Shown: piece after piece, positions 1 through 13,174 of the stretch
How positions within the stretch are numbered: position 1 is the stretch's first letter
Layout: each line of letters starts with the position of its first letter
From: Mobula hypostoma
Lineage: Eukaryota
Direction: 5' to 3'
NCBI RefSeq assembly: GCF_963921235.1
Contig: NC_086109.1
Coordinates: forward strand, 29,948,001-30,012,000
Length of the DNA: 64,000 nt
Notes under the pieces: generated by a model
Seen by the model: only the letters and a program-made list of their open reading frames with translations
The model's database searches: none
What the model was told of the DNA's origin: nothing
Made by a program: the position numbers and the translations under genes

Positions 1-21
1 GCACTGCTAAACTTAATACTG

Positions 22-725
22 TGTAGCCCCCCGGCAAGCCTCAGGGTCGCTCAGCTTGCTGTCGTCTAGGGAAACAGCTCTCGGCCCTGCCAAACTGGGT
101 AATTAGTTTGTGTGGATGCTGTGTGATGTACCTCACCCCGCCCAAATAACAGACAATACATTAGATACGATTAAATGAATTACAGTTTATAGATATTCCT
201 GGAACTATATAATTAATAGAGATAAAATATAAAAGGAAAATGCGCCATACTTATCAAAGTTCAATCTCTTCATGCACAAACAGTTGGAGCTCGGGCCCCT
301 CCTTCACTCTGCGATTCCCTTGGACCACCTCGACCTGCCGCCTGGGACCATCAACGGTGGTCGAGCAGACGCTCCACACAAGTCCGTCTCTGTCTCCTCT
401 CCTTGCCGAACACCCTGGACCTCGGACTCCTGCTTGGGGTCCGACCCCGTTAGCACACTGCACCTGGTCCATCCTCTGTCTCTCTCTCTCTCCCGCCTTC
501 TGCACAAAAACCCGCGCATCACACTAACCTACAGACACTCAGAAAGAATAACGTCTATTCCAATTGGTTTGTTCACCCTCTTATCAGTAACATGATCCAA
601 ATAAGCTGCTAGCGGGAGGACTTTCTCAGCAGTTAACATAACAAAGAAGCCATTTCAATTATAACATAACAAAGAAGCCATTTTAATTAGACTACGCAGT
701 AACATAAAAGAAGAAACCCCTTACA
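22..725. mobile_element. Solo LTR (Gypsy-like LTR retrotransposon)
   Basis: TGTA...TACA termini; 4-bp TSD ACTG at 18-21 and 726-729; shares motifs (gtctagggaa, tttgtgtggatgctgtgt) with the LTRs at 28486 and 42878. Confidence 0.85.
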
Positions 726-1549
726 ACTGAGTTCTGGGAGCGACTCTGTTGTTCTGAGCTGGGAGGCCAGCTATACTTTATTTAGTCCATTCGCTGCAAG
801 TTGTCCATGGGGCTGCTGGCCTGCGTAGAAATGGGAGGTAAAAGTGATTTTCTTTTTGCTATACTTTAACATTTAGTAAAGTGACTTATAAATGTAATTT
901 TAAATTCAATATCAACTATTATTTTGCCTCTGTTTATCATTTAAAACAATCTTTCAATTTCTGATTCCTAGAATCGGGTGGCAGGGATTTGTTCCTATGA
1001 GAGATTAATTAGATTGGCCCTACAGTCTATGGAATTTAAAGAAATAAATAGTGTTGTCATTAAAATACTCATTTCAGGCTTGATGCAGTGGTGATCATCT
1101 TCTGACTTGGACAACTGTTTAGGCGGAGATTTACTTTGGAATTCTGTACCTAAGAGAGGTGTGTGGGCTCAGTGAATATATTCAGACAGGTGATTGATAT
1201 GTTTTGGATATTGAGGAAAATACGATTAACAAGGGAAGGTAGAATTGAGGGAGAAGAACTTTAATGGTGAAGCAGATGAGTAGTTGAATAACCTACACCT
1301 ATTTTTATGTTATGCTTTTGGCAGCACAGGGTGTCGAAGGCTTTCGGGATGGAGGCTTCCTGATCAGTAGCTTGAAGCTTAGTTTCTGCTTGCAGACAGC
1401 TCTGCTGAGACATGACCAAAAAAACCAAGCAGAGTCCACTTGCCAGCAGAAGGTTAGTTTTTATTTCTCTTCCTGGCAGAAGACACTGTCAAATCATGAA
1501 GTGAAGTTCTTTGTAGAATAATGTCATGGAATGGAATTTTAGTATTAAT

Positions 1550-2403
1550 TGTTACGTACCCTGTAACTGGGTTGCCAAACCAGCAGAAATGGATCACTCA
1601 GTTGGAGTCTGGAGTACTAGAACTAAGAAAGTTTTATTAAAGAAACGAGCAACACAGTAATCGAAAGGATAATAAATGCAACAGTTCAGCGATGATAAAC
1701 GCACATGTGCACAGAATTAAGATAACAGCATCAATCAAGCTCTATCGTTGTCTAGGGGTAAATGACCAAATTTCAAAATGACTCAAAGTTCAGTCCAGTT
1801 CAGTTCGCAGTAATCGTTGCCATGGCGATGGACAACGTGGGGGAAGAGGGAGATAGAATAGGAACAACTGATCATTCAGAACACTGCTTCACTCACAGAC
1901 CAGCGAGATGGCTCACAAACAGCTTTTGGGCGGGTCCTTGGTGATGTCACCTGAGGTCACCGACTGTGACCCCTCCTCCAGATGCGGTCGATCCTCTGCA
2001 GTGAACCCGGCACCCAGGCAAGGGCGGATACACACCGGGTTCCCGCTGATCGTACCTTTCCACCCTTGTCGTTGTCTGGTACTTCTCACCCACTCGTGAG
2101 AGGCGCACCGCTTCCAGGGTCTCGTTACCTCGGGTGGCGTGTGTCCTGCCTTAGCGAACCTGTCCCTTTTTATCCCCCTGCTGGGGTATCGCCTGTCCAT
2201 CACTTCAAACAGTTCAGGGTTCAAAGGGGGGAGCCGCTCCAGACAGCTCTTCCTCCCACATCCCTTCATTACACATCTCCAGACGCTGCTCCATTGTTCC
2301 TTATCTCTCCTTCCCCTGAGGGCAGGTGGCAGACCAACTGCTGATGCCACTGATGCTAGCCCAGGCCAGCAAACATCTTAATTTTATGTGTATTCTCGTA
2401 ACA
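1550..2403. mobile_element. Solo LTR (Gypsy-like), second family
   Basis: 7-bp inverted termini TGTTACG...CGTAACA; 4-bp TSD TAAT at 1546-1549 and 2404-2407; CpG-rich, so relatively young. Confidence 0.88.
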
Positions 2404-2794
2404 TAATCTATGGGGGATTGCCTGCCTGCTCTTTCTGATTTTCATCCATTTCAGTATCCATTTGCTTCAGTTTACCTGCAGGAAGGTCTAATGCTCAATA
2501 TATGTATTCCATGCAATTAAGTTCATTAACAAGGTAATCTAATGCAGATATTGCATAGGATAGGTTATTGAGGTCAGACTTGGTGGAGCCTAGTCCTAGT
2601 TGCTCTTCAAATATCATTTATAATCTGTATTACAGTTTTGTTTGCTCAGTATGACGTGCCAGTTGTGTCCTTTTTGATATCTCAAAAGCTACTGGAGGAT
2701 CATAAATATAGTGTCTTAATGTAAGGACTAAAAGAACAAGACAGGAAACTAAAAGCTTAAATCAGTGATAGGTAAGTTATTGGAAGGAGCATAA

Positions 2795-3826
2795 ACTTTT
2801 CTCAGGCTTCCAGCCGGGTCCAGATATCAATTTTAATCCATGTTTTGATGATAAACTCTGCCACCTTCATCAGGGATGATGGCTAGGAGTGTATTGTCCG
2901 GTGGTAAATATACTCAACTCCTGCCATCCATCCCTCCTGGTTGGTGGAAGACTAACCAATCAGGTATCTGCTGTCCCACCTTGTTTAAAATCATATCCCA
3001 GTTCTTACTTGGAGTGAGACCTTCGTCTTTGTTAACATTCTTGTTCTTATTTCAATGACTTCCTTCAGGCAGTCCCAAAAGCCATTGGCGTGGCATAGTT
3101 GTTTTGTGCTATCGAAGTTAATCCTGTGGTCATTGCATATGTAACGTTCTGCCACTGTTAATTTCTCTGGGTAACCCAAACGGATACACCACCAATGCTC
3201 TTTGATGTTGGTTTTCACTGTGCCAATATGCGCTGCTCTGCATCCATAGGGAATCCTGTAAATGCCCGCCGTCTTGAGTCCCAGGTCATCTTTGATCTGT
3301 ATAAATTGGGATTTGAGCTGCCATATAGATCCTGGAGATCCTTCCAGAAACTGTGGAAATACAGGAAAGATGGGAGTAGCAGCGGGTTCCCCCTCATTGT
3401 TCAGTTTCCTGGTTTTTCCTTTGGCCCTTTTAAGAGCCTGATTGATTTCCTTTGTCTTCTAGCTATTCTGTAGGAATGTCATGCGTAATCGTCTTATTTC
3501 CTCATTGAGACTTCCTGGGTCTGAAATAGTTTTGACCCCGCTTAGCAAGGTTCCTTGTGAATGCGGAGCAGCGCATATCAGCCAGATGGGGCTCATGGTA
3601 GAAACTCGCATTAAGGAACATGGAAGTTGTATCCCATTTGGGTTACTTGGAGAAATCAGCGGTAGCAATATTGACTTTGACGGCACAGAGCTGCTGTGCC
3701 ATTGGCTTTTGGGACCAAGTGGTGAAGGAGGTAATTGAAATAAGACTAGAGAAAAAGAATTTTTAACAAGGACGAAAGTCTCGGTCCAAGTAAAAACAAG
3801 AATACAATTTTAAACAAGGTGGGACA
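2795..3826 (-). mobile_element. Penelope-like element, family B: 3' part on the minus strand plus an inverted partial copy (about 3540-3826) on the plus strand
   Basis: GIY-YIG C-terminal remnants KTNIKEHWWCIRLGYPEKLTVAE...GFWDCLKEVIEIR (minus) and ETRIKEHGSCI...IDFDGTELLCH (plus); hammerhead-like motif at the 3' end. Confidence 0.8.
2836..2877 (-). ncRNA. Degenerate type I hammerhead ribozyme motif in the PLE family B terminus
   Basis: Minus strand reads ATCC-CTGATGA-aggtggcagagtttatcatc-AAAA-CAT-GGAT; intact CUGAUGA, imperfect stem II, GAAA changed to AAAA. Confidence 0.6.
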
Positions 3827-4558
3827 TCATAACATAAAAAATAGGAGCATGAGTAGGCCACCTGGCCTGTCAAGCCTGCTCTGCCATTCAATAAGGTCAT
3901 GGCTGATCTGACCATGGACTCATCTCCCTCTACCTGCCTTTTTCCTATAACCCTTAATTCCTCTACTATGCAAAAATCTATCCAACCTTGTCTTAAATGT
4001 ACTTATAGAGGTAGCCTCCACTGCTTCATTGGGCAGCGAATTCCACAAATTCCCTACTTTTTGGTGAATTCACAGTTCCTCCTCATCTCAGTCCTAAATT
4101 TACTCCCCCAAATCTTGAGCCTAGTTCTAGTCTCACCTTTCCTGCCTCAATCTTATCTATCCCTTTCATAATTTTATACATTTCTATAAGATCTCTCATT
4201 CTTCTGAATTCCAGTGAGTACAATTGTAAACAATTCAATCTCTCATAGTTTAAACCCCTCATCTTTGGAATCAACCTGGTGAACCTCCCCTGCACTGTCT
4301 CCAAAGCCAGTATATCCTTCCTCAAGTAGGAAACCAGAACTGCTTGCAGTACTCCAGATGCGGCCTCACTAGTATCCTATACAGTTGCAGCATTACTTCC
4401 CTGTTCTTAAATTCAATCCCCTTCGCAATGAAGGCCAGCATTCCATTTACATTCTTGATAGCTTGCTGCAGCTGCACACTAACCTTTTGTGATGCATGCA
4501 CAAGCACTCCCAAGTCCTTCTGCACAGCAGCATGCTGCAATCTTTTACCATTTAAAAT
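3827..4558 (-). mobile_element. CR1 LINE 3' fragment
   Basis: QKDLGVLVH, LYRILVRPHLEYC and LYSLEFRRMR motifs; CR1 3' UTR at 3827-3960. Confidence 0.9.
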
Positions 4559-4559
4559 A

Positions 4560-5990
4560 CTGATTGGGATTAGTCACAATAGCTTTGTCTTTAGGAAATC
4601 ATGTCTCAAATTTGACTGAATTTTAGAGGAAGTGACCAAGAGGTTCATGAGGGTAGGGCGATGGGCATTATCTGTGTCGAGCTTCGCAAGATCTTTGACC
4701 ATGTCACATGTAGCGGGCTGCTCAGAAGTGTAGAATACATATGATCCAGGGTAAGTTGGCCCTTTATATGTAGGGTACAGAGGCTGGGAGTGAAGGATTG
4801 TTTTTCAGGTTGGAGATCTGTAAACAGAGTTGTCCATCATATGTTATATATTAATGACTTGGAAAGGAGTATAGATTGCATGCTTAGTAAGACACAAATT
4901 GGTGGTACAGTGGAGAGAAGTAGATTGCCTAAAGTTACAATAGGATCTGAATCCATTGGGAAAGAGTATAAGAAATCTGATAGAATTTAACTTGGATAAG
5001 TGCAAAGCAATGCATTTTGGAAGTTAAACCAGGTCAGTGTGTACACTGAATGACAGGGAATGTTATTGAACAGTAAAACTTTGGATTACACGTATTTAGT
5101 TCCTCAAAAATAGTAACACCAAATAAACAGTGGTGAAGAAAGCAAATGGCATGCTTGCCTTCATTGTACGAAGCTTTGAGTCAAGGAGTTGGGATGCTGT
5201 TTTACCTTTATTGGAGAGCTTGGGTGGGACTGTTTTCATTGCACAAAGGAGGCTAGTAGAAGGTGGAGAAGGGTGTAGAATTGTGATCTTCTAGTTCGAT
5301 ATGGGTAGAATAGACAGTCTTAATCTTTGCAGGTTAGGGTAATCTTACACTTGCATCAACTAGTTCTAGATCAGCGGGAAAGATTTAAAGAAGATGGGCT
5401 CATAGAGTCATACAGCAGGGAAGCAAGCTCTTTGGCCCAACTCATTCATGAGTTGCCCAGTGAGTTAGTCCGATCAATCCGTGTTTGTCCCATAGCCCTC
5501 TAAACCTATCCATTTGCTTGTATAGATGGCTTTTAAATATTGCAGAAACATCTTCCAATATGTTGCTTGGATTTGGGAGGCTGAGTTACAGGGAAAGGTT
5601 GCCGAGACTAGGACTCTATTCCCATGAACATGGACTGAAGAGTGACTTGATAGAGGTATATAAAATCGCAAGGGGCATAGCCAAGGTGAAAGCACACAAT
5701 ATTTTCCCTGGCGAGGGTGTGCTAAAACAAGAGGGCAAAGCTCAGGCAAGAGATTTTAAAGGGGCATCAGGGACAGCAACTTCAAGGAACGGGTAGTGCA
5801 AAATTAGAATGAAGTTGTCAGAAATGGTGGTTGAATTGTGCACACTAGCAATATTTAAAGGCCACGTAGCTATAGGAGAGTTTTAGAAGGCACTGTGCCA
5901 AGCGTGGCCAGATGAGTCTAGCTTGCTGGACAACAGCAGTTGGCATGGATGAGTTGGGCCGAAGGGCCTTTTTCCATGTTGTATGTCTCG
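4560..5990 (+). mobile_element. Cluster of decayed CR1 LINE fragments (mostly plus strand; short minus-strand 3' end at about 5400-5540)
   Basis: RT remnants (LYINDL, LSYRERL.RLGLYS, DLIEVYKI) and CR1 3' tail gggccgaagggcct. Confidence 0.8.
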
Positions 5991-6289
5991 AATCTGTTTG
6001 CTACTTTCAGTAATTGGGTATTTGTAACCATATTTCTCCTTGGTGTTCAGAGGCAAAAATCAAGAAACAATTGGAAGTGTTTTGGGGGGCATTCTTGTTA
6101 TCGGGGGCAGTCCTACAGCCTTGCATCACACTAATGGTAAATCCCAGGGCCTGATGGTGTGAACCTTTGGACTTTGAGGGGCTTGATGGGAATATGGTTG
6201 GCATGGTCTCATTTGACTCAAGGAACTATATTCATGTTGTATTGTTCTATGACTCTATAAACTCCCTTTATGCATCATTACAGCCAGAA

Positions 6290-7445
6290 TATTTGTAGAC
6301 AACTCTAGTCAATCTTGTATACTTGGACTATTGAATATCTTTTATAAAGCTACTGACTCCCACAGCTATCTTGACTACCCCTTCCTATCCTGTTTCATGT
6401 AAACTTGCTATTCCCCTTTCTCAGTTCTTTTGTCTTGCCATATCTGCTCCCAGGATGAGGCTTTCCTTTCCAGGCATCAGAGATGTTGTCCTTTAAAGAC
6501 AGCGACTTCCCTTCCTCCACCGTTGATGCTGCCCTGAGCCTTGTCTCCATTTTCTGGACATTTGTGCTCACTCCATCTTTCTGATGCCTTAACAGGGATA
6601 AAGTTCCTCTTGCCCTAACCTACCACCCCATTAGTCTCCTCATCCAACACATTCTCCGCAACTTCCACTATCTCCATAGGGACTTTCTCTGCAATCGGCC
6701 AAAGTGCTTTTGTTGCCCATTCACTTCCTCCTTTGCCTCCATTCAGGGACCCAAACAGTTTTTCCAAGTGAGGCAACACTTGTGAATCCACTAGGGTTGT
6801 CCATTGTTTCCGGTGCTCCTATCACGGCTTCCTATATATTGGTGAGCCTCGTCATAAATTGAGAACAGCTTTGTTGAGCACCTCTGCTCTATCTGCTAAA
6901 AGTGGAACTTCCTGGTGGCCAAACATTTTAATTCAGGTTCCTGTTCCGACTTGTTGGGCTATAGCCTTCACTTGTGCCATGATGTGGCCACTCTTAGGGT
7001 GGAGGGGTAACACCTTGTATTTTGTTTGGGTAACTTCCAACGTGATGGAATGAATATCGATTTTTCATTCTGGTTTGAAAAAAAAATTCCTGCTGCTCCC
7101 CTCTTCTATTTCCCACTCTGGCCTCTTGTCTCTCATCACCTGCCTATCACCTCCCCTGGTGTCACCCCCACTTCATTTTCTTGTGTGGTCCACTCCTCTC
7201 ATCAGATTCCGTACTCTCCAGCCCTTTATCTTACTTGCCCACCTGGCTTCACCTATCACTTTCCAGCTATCCTCCCCCCCCCCCCACCTTTTCATTCTGG
7301 CGTTTTTCCCCTTTTTTTCCAGTCCTGAAGAAGGGTATCTGCCCATAATGCTGACTGTTTGTTCATTTCCATTGATGCTGCCTGACCTGCTGAGTTCTAG
7401 TATTTTATGTATGTTCCTTTGAATTTCCAACATCTGCAGAATTTG
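6290..7445 (+). mobile_element. Penelope-like element, family A, 3' part
   Basis: GIY-YIG remnant VVHCFRCSYHGFLYIGE at about 6795-6850; pyrimidine-rich 3' region; terminal repeat with cagtcCTGAAGA...gactg. Confidence 0.8.
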
Positions 7446-7989
7446 TTTATAATCTTGCTTATACTATAAGAAGCAGGAAAAATAACAATAATCCACTGTA
7501 TGATTTGAAAATTCTGATTATTTTGGCATTTGTCTCAATGGGCCTGATTTTTGCGCATCCTTGATGCTCACTGGGACTTTGCTCTGTTGACAGTTGGTAG
7601 GGTCACAGGAAAACTTGTTTCCTTTTCATCCATACCTTATGATTTTAAATTTTATATTCTCAATCTCTGAATTAATATATTAGAACTGTTGCACACTAAT
7701 ACATCCAGAGATATTGGGCACTCTGTTTACATTCATATTGAAAACAAATTAAATAATCTTATTAGAATATTAAATACAAAACCAGAACAAAGGGATAAGT
7801 GACAATTAGGCAAAATTTGCTTAACAGAATGACTGACACAAACGTTAGTATACCCAAAGTAGGGTGAATTACAAAACATAAATAGAATGTGGTTTTTAGT
7901 GTGGTGCAACTAGTAAAGTTAAAATACTTTTCGAGCAATGTTAGATTTGAGCCAACATGCTGTTATTCTGAATTATTTATTATCACTGA

Positions 7990-10900
7990 CCTCTGTTGTG
8001 AAATTTGCTTTTGTTGGGATCTCTTCTGGGGAAAGTATAAGCTGTACAAAAAGGACAGGTTACACTTAATCCCAAGGGGGACCAATACTCTTGTGGGCAG
8101 GTTTGCCATTTGGGGAGGATTTAAACTGATTTGATAGTTTGAGGTTGAGGTAGTTGGTATACAAATTGATGCATGGTGTAGTGTGACTGAAAGCAAGGAC
8201 AAGTAAATAATAGAGCAAATTTGCAGTCAGCGTGATGAGTTGAACTGTAATATGGGGACAAAGTCAAAAACGGTAATGAATACAGGACTCAAGGTGTTAT
8301 AGTTGAATGCATGCAGTATGCAGAATAAGGTAGACGATCTTGTACTGCTGTTAGAAATTGGCAGGTATGTCAGATTGATTCCTGGGATGGCAGGACTTCA
8401 ATATGATGAAAGACTGGATCGATTGGGCTTATACTCTCTGGAATTTAGAAGATTGAGGGGGGATCTTACTGAAACATATAAAATTCTAAAGGGATTGGAT
8501 AGGCTAGATGTAGGAAGATTGTTCCCTATGTTGGGGAAGTCCAGAACGAGGGGTCACAGTTTGAGGATAAAGGGGAAGCCTTTTAGGACGGAGATGCGGA
8601 AAAACTTCTTCACACAGAAAGTGGTGAATCTGTGGAATTCTCTGCCACAGGAAACAGTTGAGGCCAGTTCATTGGCTATATCTAAGAGGGAGTTAGATAT
8701 GGCCCTGGTGGCTAAAGGGATCAGGGGTTATGGAGAGAAGGCAGGTACAGGGTTCTGAGTTGAATGATCAGCCATGATCATGCTGAATGGCCTACTCCTG
8801 CACCTATTTTCTATGTTTCTATGAACCTGTTCTGATATGGGTCTCCATTGTGGTCTGTGAGCAAGAAGGGGGCAGGGAAAGGGGACATGGTTGGGAAAAG
8901 GGGAAAGGGGGAGGGAGTGAGATGCATCAGAGAGACATTCTGTATTTCTGATGAGAAGCCGTGGTGAGGATGGTAAGGAGCCAAATGCTGGAGTATCGGA
9001 GACTAAATCCGGGACATAATTTTGAGATTGAGATGAGAGCAGGGTTCTTTTGATTAGATGATTGAATGGTGGAGCAGACTTGATGGGCCGAATAGCCTGC
9101 TTCTGCTCCTATATCTTATGGTCTTATGTTGTGCCCATCACAATATCTTGTCTAAGAGAAGATCACAGTTGGAAGCTTAACATCCAAAGATACACATTGT
9201 ATCGAAAGGACAGGCGGGGTGGGTGGCTTTATTGGTTTAAAAAAAATGAAATCAAGTCTTGGAAAGAAGTGATATGGGATCGAAGGATGTAGAATCCCTG
9301 TGGGTAGAGGTACTAAACTGCAAAGGTATAAAGACCCTGATGGGAGTTGTATACAGGCCTCTGAAGAGTAGCCAGTATGTAGGATATAAGTTACAACTGG
9401 AGATAGAAAAGACATGTAGTAAGGGCAATGCTATGATGGTCATGGGGGATTTCAATATGCAAGTAGATTGTGAAAATCAGGTTGGTGTTGGATGTTAAGA
9501 AAAGGCAGTTTATAGCTTTTTAGAGCAGCTTGTGGTTGAGCCCACTGGGAGAAAGGCAATCCTGGATTTGGTGTTGTGTAACAAACCAGATTTGATGAGG
9601 GAGCTTAAAGTAAAGGAACCCTTAGGACTGCACCCAGGTTTCTAAAAGAGCTAGATGAAGAGATTGTGACGGTATTAGTAATGATCTTTCAAGAATCACT
9701 AGATTCTGGAATGTTCCAGAGGACTGGAAATTGCAAATGTTACTTCACACTTTAAGAAGGGAAAGAGGCAGAAGAAATAAAATTGTATGCCAGTTAGCTT
9801 TACTTCAGTGGTTAGGAACATGTTGGAGTTGATTGTTAAGAATGAGGTTTTGGGGTACTTGGTGGCACATGATTAAATAGGCCAAAATCGGCACGTATCC
9901 TCAAGGGGAAATCTTGCCTGAAAAATCTATTGGAATTCTTTGAGGAAATAACAAGCAGGATTGACAAAGGAGAACCAGTGGGAGTTCAGTTGGATCACAG
10001 GAAAAATGCTAGCTTGGATACAACATTGGCTGACTGTCAGGAGGCTAAGACAGGGAATAAAGGGGGCCTATTCTGGTTGGCTGCCAGTGACTAGTGGTGG
10101 TATGCAGGGGTTGGTATTGGGACTCCTTTTCATGTTATGTGTCAACGATTTGGATAACGGAATTAATGGATTTTGGCTAAGTTTGCTGACGATACAAAGG
10201 TAGGTGGAAGGGCATTAGTTTTGAGGAATCAGGGAGTCCGCAGAAGGACTTGGACTGATTAAGAGAATGGGTAAAGAAGTGGGAGATGGAATATAGTTTA
10301 TGGAATTGTATAGTCATGCACTTTGGTAAAGGAATGAAAGTGTAGACTATTTTCTAAATGGGTAGAAAATTCAAAAATCAGCTGTGCAAAGGGACTTGGG
10401 AGTCTTTGTGCAGGATTTTCTGATGGCTAACTTGCAGATTGAATTGATGGTAATGCAATTTTAACATTCATTTTTTGAGGACTAGAATATAATAGCAAGG
10501 ATGTAATGGTGAGGTTTTATAAGGCATTGGTTAGACTGTACTTTGGAGTATTGTGAACAGATTTGGGCCCCTGACCTAAGAAAAGTTGCATTGCAAAGGG
10601 TCCAGTGGAGGTTCATGAGAATATTTGCAGGAATGAAAGGCTTACTGTATGAGAAGTGTTTGATAGCTCCAGGCCTATACACGCTGGAGTTGAGAAGAAT
10701 GAGGGGTATCTCATTAAATATATCAAATATTGTAAGGCCTAGATAGAGTGCATGTGGAATGAATTTTTCCTATAGTGGGTGAGTCCAGGACCAGAAGGCA
10801 TGGCCTCAGAATATAGAGATGGAGATGAGGAATTTCTTTAGCCAAAGGGTGGTAAATCTGTGGAATTCATTGCTACTGATGTGTAGAGGTCAAATGATTG

Positions 10901-11070
10901 AGCAAATTTAAAATGGAGGTTGATAGGTTTTTGATTAGTCAGGATGTCAAATGTTATGGGGAGAAGACTGAAGAATGGGGTTGAGAGGGATAATAAATAA
11001 GCCATGATGGAATGGTGGAGCAGACTCAGTGAAGCTGAGTGGCCTGATTCTGCTCCTATGTCTTATGGTT
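7990..11070 (+). mobile_element. Long decayed CR1 LINE (ORF1 esterase C-terminus, APE endonuclease, RT, 3' UTR) with nested insertions
   Basis: WDLFWGKYKLYKKDRLHL (SGNH DxxH block); LNACSMQNKVDDL, VVYRP and VMGDFN (APE); FADDTK-type RT motif; tail tcttatggt. Confidence 0.88.
8371..8823 (+). mobile_element. Younger CR1 3' fragment nested in the older CR1 APE domain
   Basis: Intact frame RLIPGMAGLQYDERLDRLGLYSLEFRRLRGDL...GYGEKAG; tail ctatgtttctatg. Confidence 0.9.
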
Positions 11071-12607
11071 TTGTGACAGCAATGCACTGCAAGACATTAA
11101 AAAAAACTATACTCTCTATAATAAAAAAAAAGTGCAAAAGCAGAATGGTGAGGTAGTGTTCGTAGATTGTTCAGAAATCTAATGGCTGTCCCTAAATATT
11201 GAGTGTGGGTGTTCAGGCTCCTGTATGTCCCGATGGTAGAAATAAGAAGAGGGTATGCCTTATGATGAGGATCCTTAATAATGTGTGATTCCTCCTTGAA
11301 GGGCATAGGATCTGCATAAATATGCAGACCATCTGGATTGGTGTCAAGTTTGGTATTGTGAACAGTAGTATGTTCAGATGGCCTCAGTCCTGAAATCATT
11401 TGTGGCAAGATTGGAAATGAACATAGATTATCATAGTATCAAGAAAAATTTAAATTTAATCTGTGAAGTTAATTTGGAATATACATTCTGCTAAATAATT
11501 TAGTTCAGAAAGTAGGGGAGAAATGCCTTTAGCAAAAACAGAGCTTTGACTGGCCTCACCAATGCATTCAATTGTGTGAGGATGGGCAGTTTATTCAAAC
11601 TGCTGAAGAAAATTGGCTGCCCACTGAACCTGGTCGACATGTTCTCTTTCTTTTAAAGAGTTAGATAGCATTATGCTCTGAGGCTAATCGTGGAATATTC
11701 TTTCCATTGTTTCGTGTCTTCAGTTTATACAGAATCACTTACACCATAACCAATGGAAAATTGTTCAGTCTTATCTGCCTAATAGCTTAAAAAAAAGTGC
11801 ACTTGGTCTTTGAGGAATTGCTCTGTGCTAACAATAGCGTCCCAGCATTCCCATATGTAGAGATACCTTTAGTGATTAAAAGAAACTGTTCTGTGTCTGT
11901 AAAGAGTTTGTTATTAACATCTACATCAGATTGTCATGACCCAGGAGTCTGCCATACTACCATTATTTAAACTGAAGATTGAGAGCTGCGACACTCAGAC
12001 ATGTATTGTTGCCTGCAATTTTTCATTTCATACTGAGATCAATAAACTAGAACACTGCTGAATGCCATACCACAGAGCTTTGATTCATTACAGCACTTGT
12101 AGTTCTATCTTCTGAACATTTAGAAATATTAATCGCTCTATTTTTAAAAACAAAACATCTACTTGTGTAACACTGTGTTGGCGGCCTGGTGCAAACCCCT
12201 CTTTTCTCTTTCATGCTAGGAATTTGAAATAAATCTGTGCCCACTGTTGGCACTCTTCTAGCACGCATAACTCCATAACATGGTGCAGAAATGCTCGTTG
12301 TCAGGATTGGTGGTAAGCAGGTTAGGCTAAGCAATGTGGCTGCTTAGTACTTCAGGTTTCCAGCAAGGCAATGGTGAAGGCAGGAGTTCATGCCAGGTTC
12401 ATGCCATAGCAATACTTTCGGAAACAGTACTATAATTATCTACAATTATCAAAGAGCCTAAAAAGCACTTCTAGGTGAGACAAAAATTCACATGCATCTC
12501 CTACAATCTTGTCTGTTCCTTTGAATGTGGCTTCTGTATTGGTAAGACCAAGCACAGGCGAGGACACTATTTTGTCGAGCACCGGCTCCCAGTTCCGAGA
12601 ATATTAC

Positions 12608-13170
12608 GGAGGATCTCACATGGTCTGTGTGGTGAAAAGGCACAATAGTGCCTTGAAGTTTGGTATGACCCCCCCAAATTCTTAGAACTTTCTATAGGGG
12701 CATGCTTGAGAGCATCCTGACTGATTGCATCACTGGCTGGTATGGGAACTATACTTCCCTCAATTGCAGAACTCTGTAGAGAGTGGTGCGGACAGCCCAG
12801 CGCATCTGTGGGTGTGAACATCCCATTATTCAGGACACTTACAAAGACAGGTGTGTAAAAAGGCCCTGAAGGATCATTGGAGACCCGAGTCACCCCAACC
12901 ACAAACTGTTCCAGCTGCTACCATCTGGGAAATGGTACCGCAATATAAAAGCCAGGACCACCAGGTTCCGTGACAGCTTTTTCCACCAGGCCATCAGATT
13001 GCTTAATTCATGCTAACAGAACTGTATTTCTATGTTGACTATCCTGTTGTACATAATATTTATTATAATTACTATAAATTACTATAATTGCACATTTGAA
13101 CAGAGACATAATGTAAAGATTTTTACTCGTGTGTATGAAGAATGTAAGTAATAAAGTCAGCTCAATTCAG
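12608..13170 (+). mobile_element. Rex1/Babar-like LINE 3' fragment
   Basis: ESILT.CIT.WYGN, QRVVRTAQRI and DPSHPNHKLFQLLPSG motifs; near-identical to 36387-36980. Confidence 0.85.
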
Positions 13171-13174
13171 TTTA

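Noticed and set aside
240..595. Overlapping ORFs on both strands (also 1762-2381)
   Set aside because: They lie within GC-rich solo LTRs and have no gag/pol/env motifs; chance ORFs
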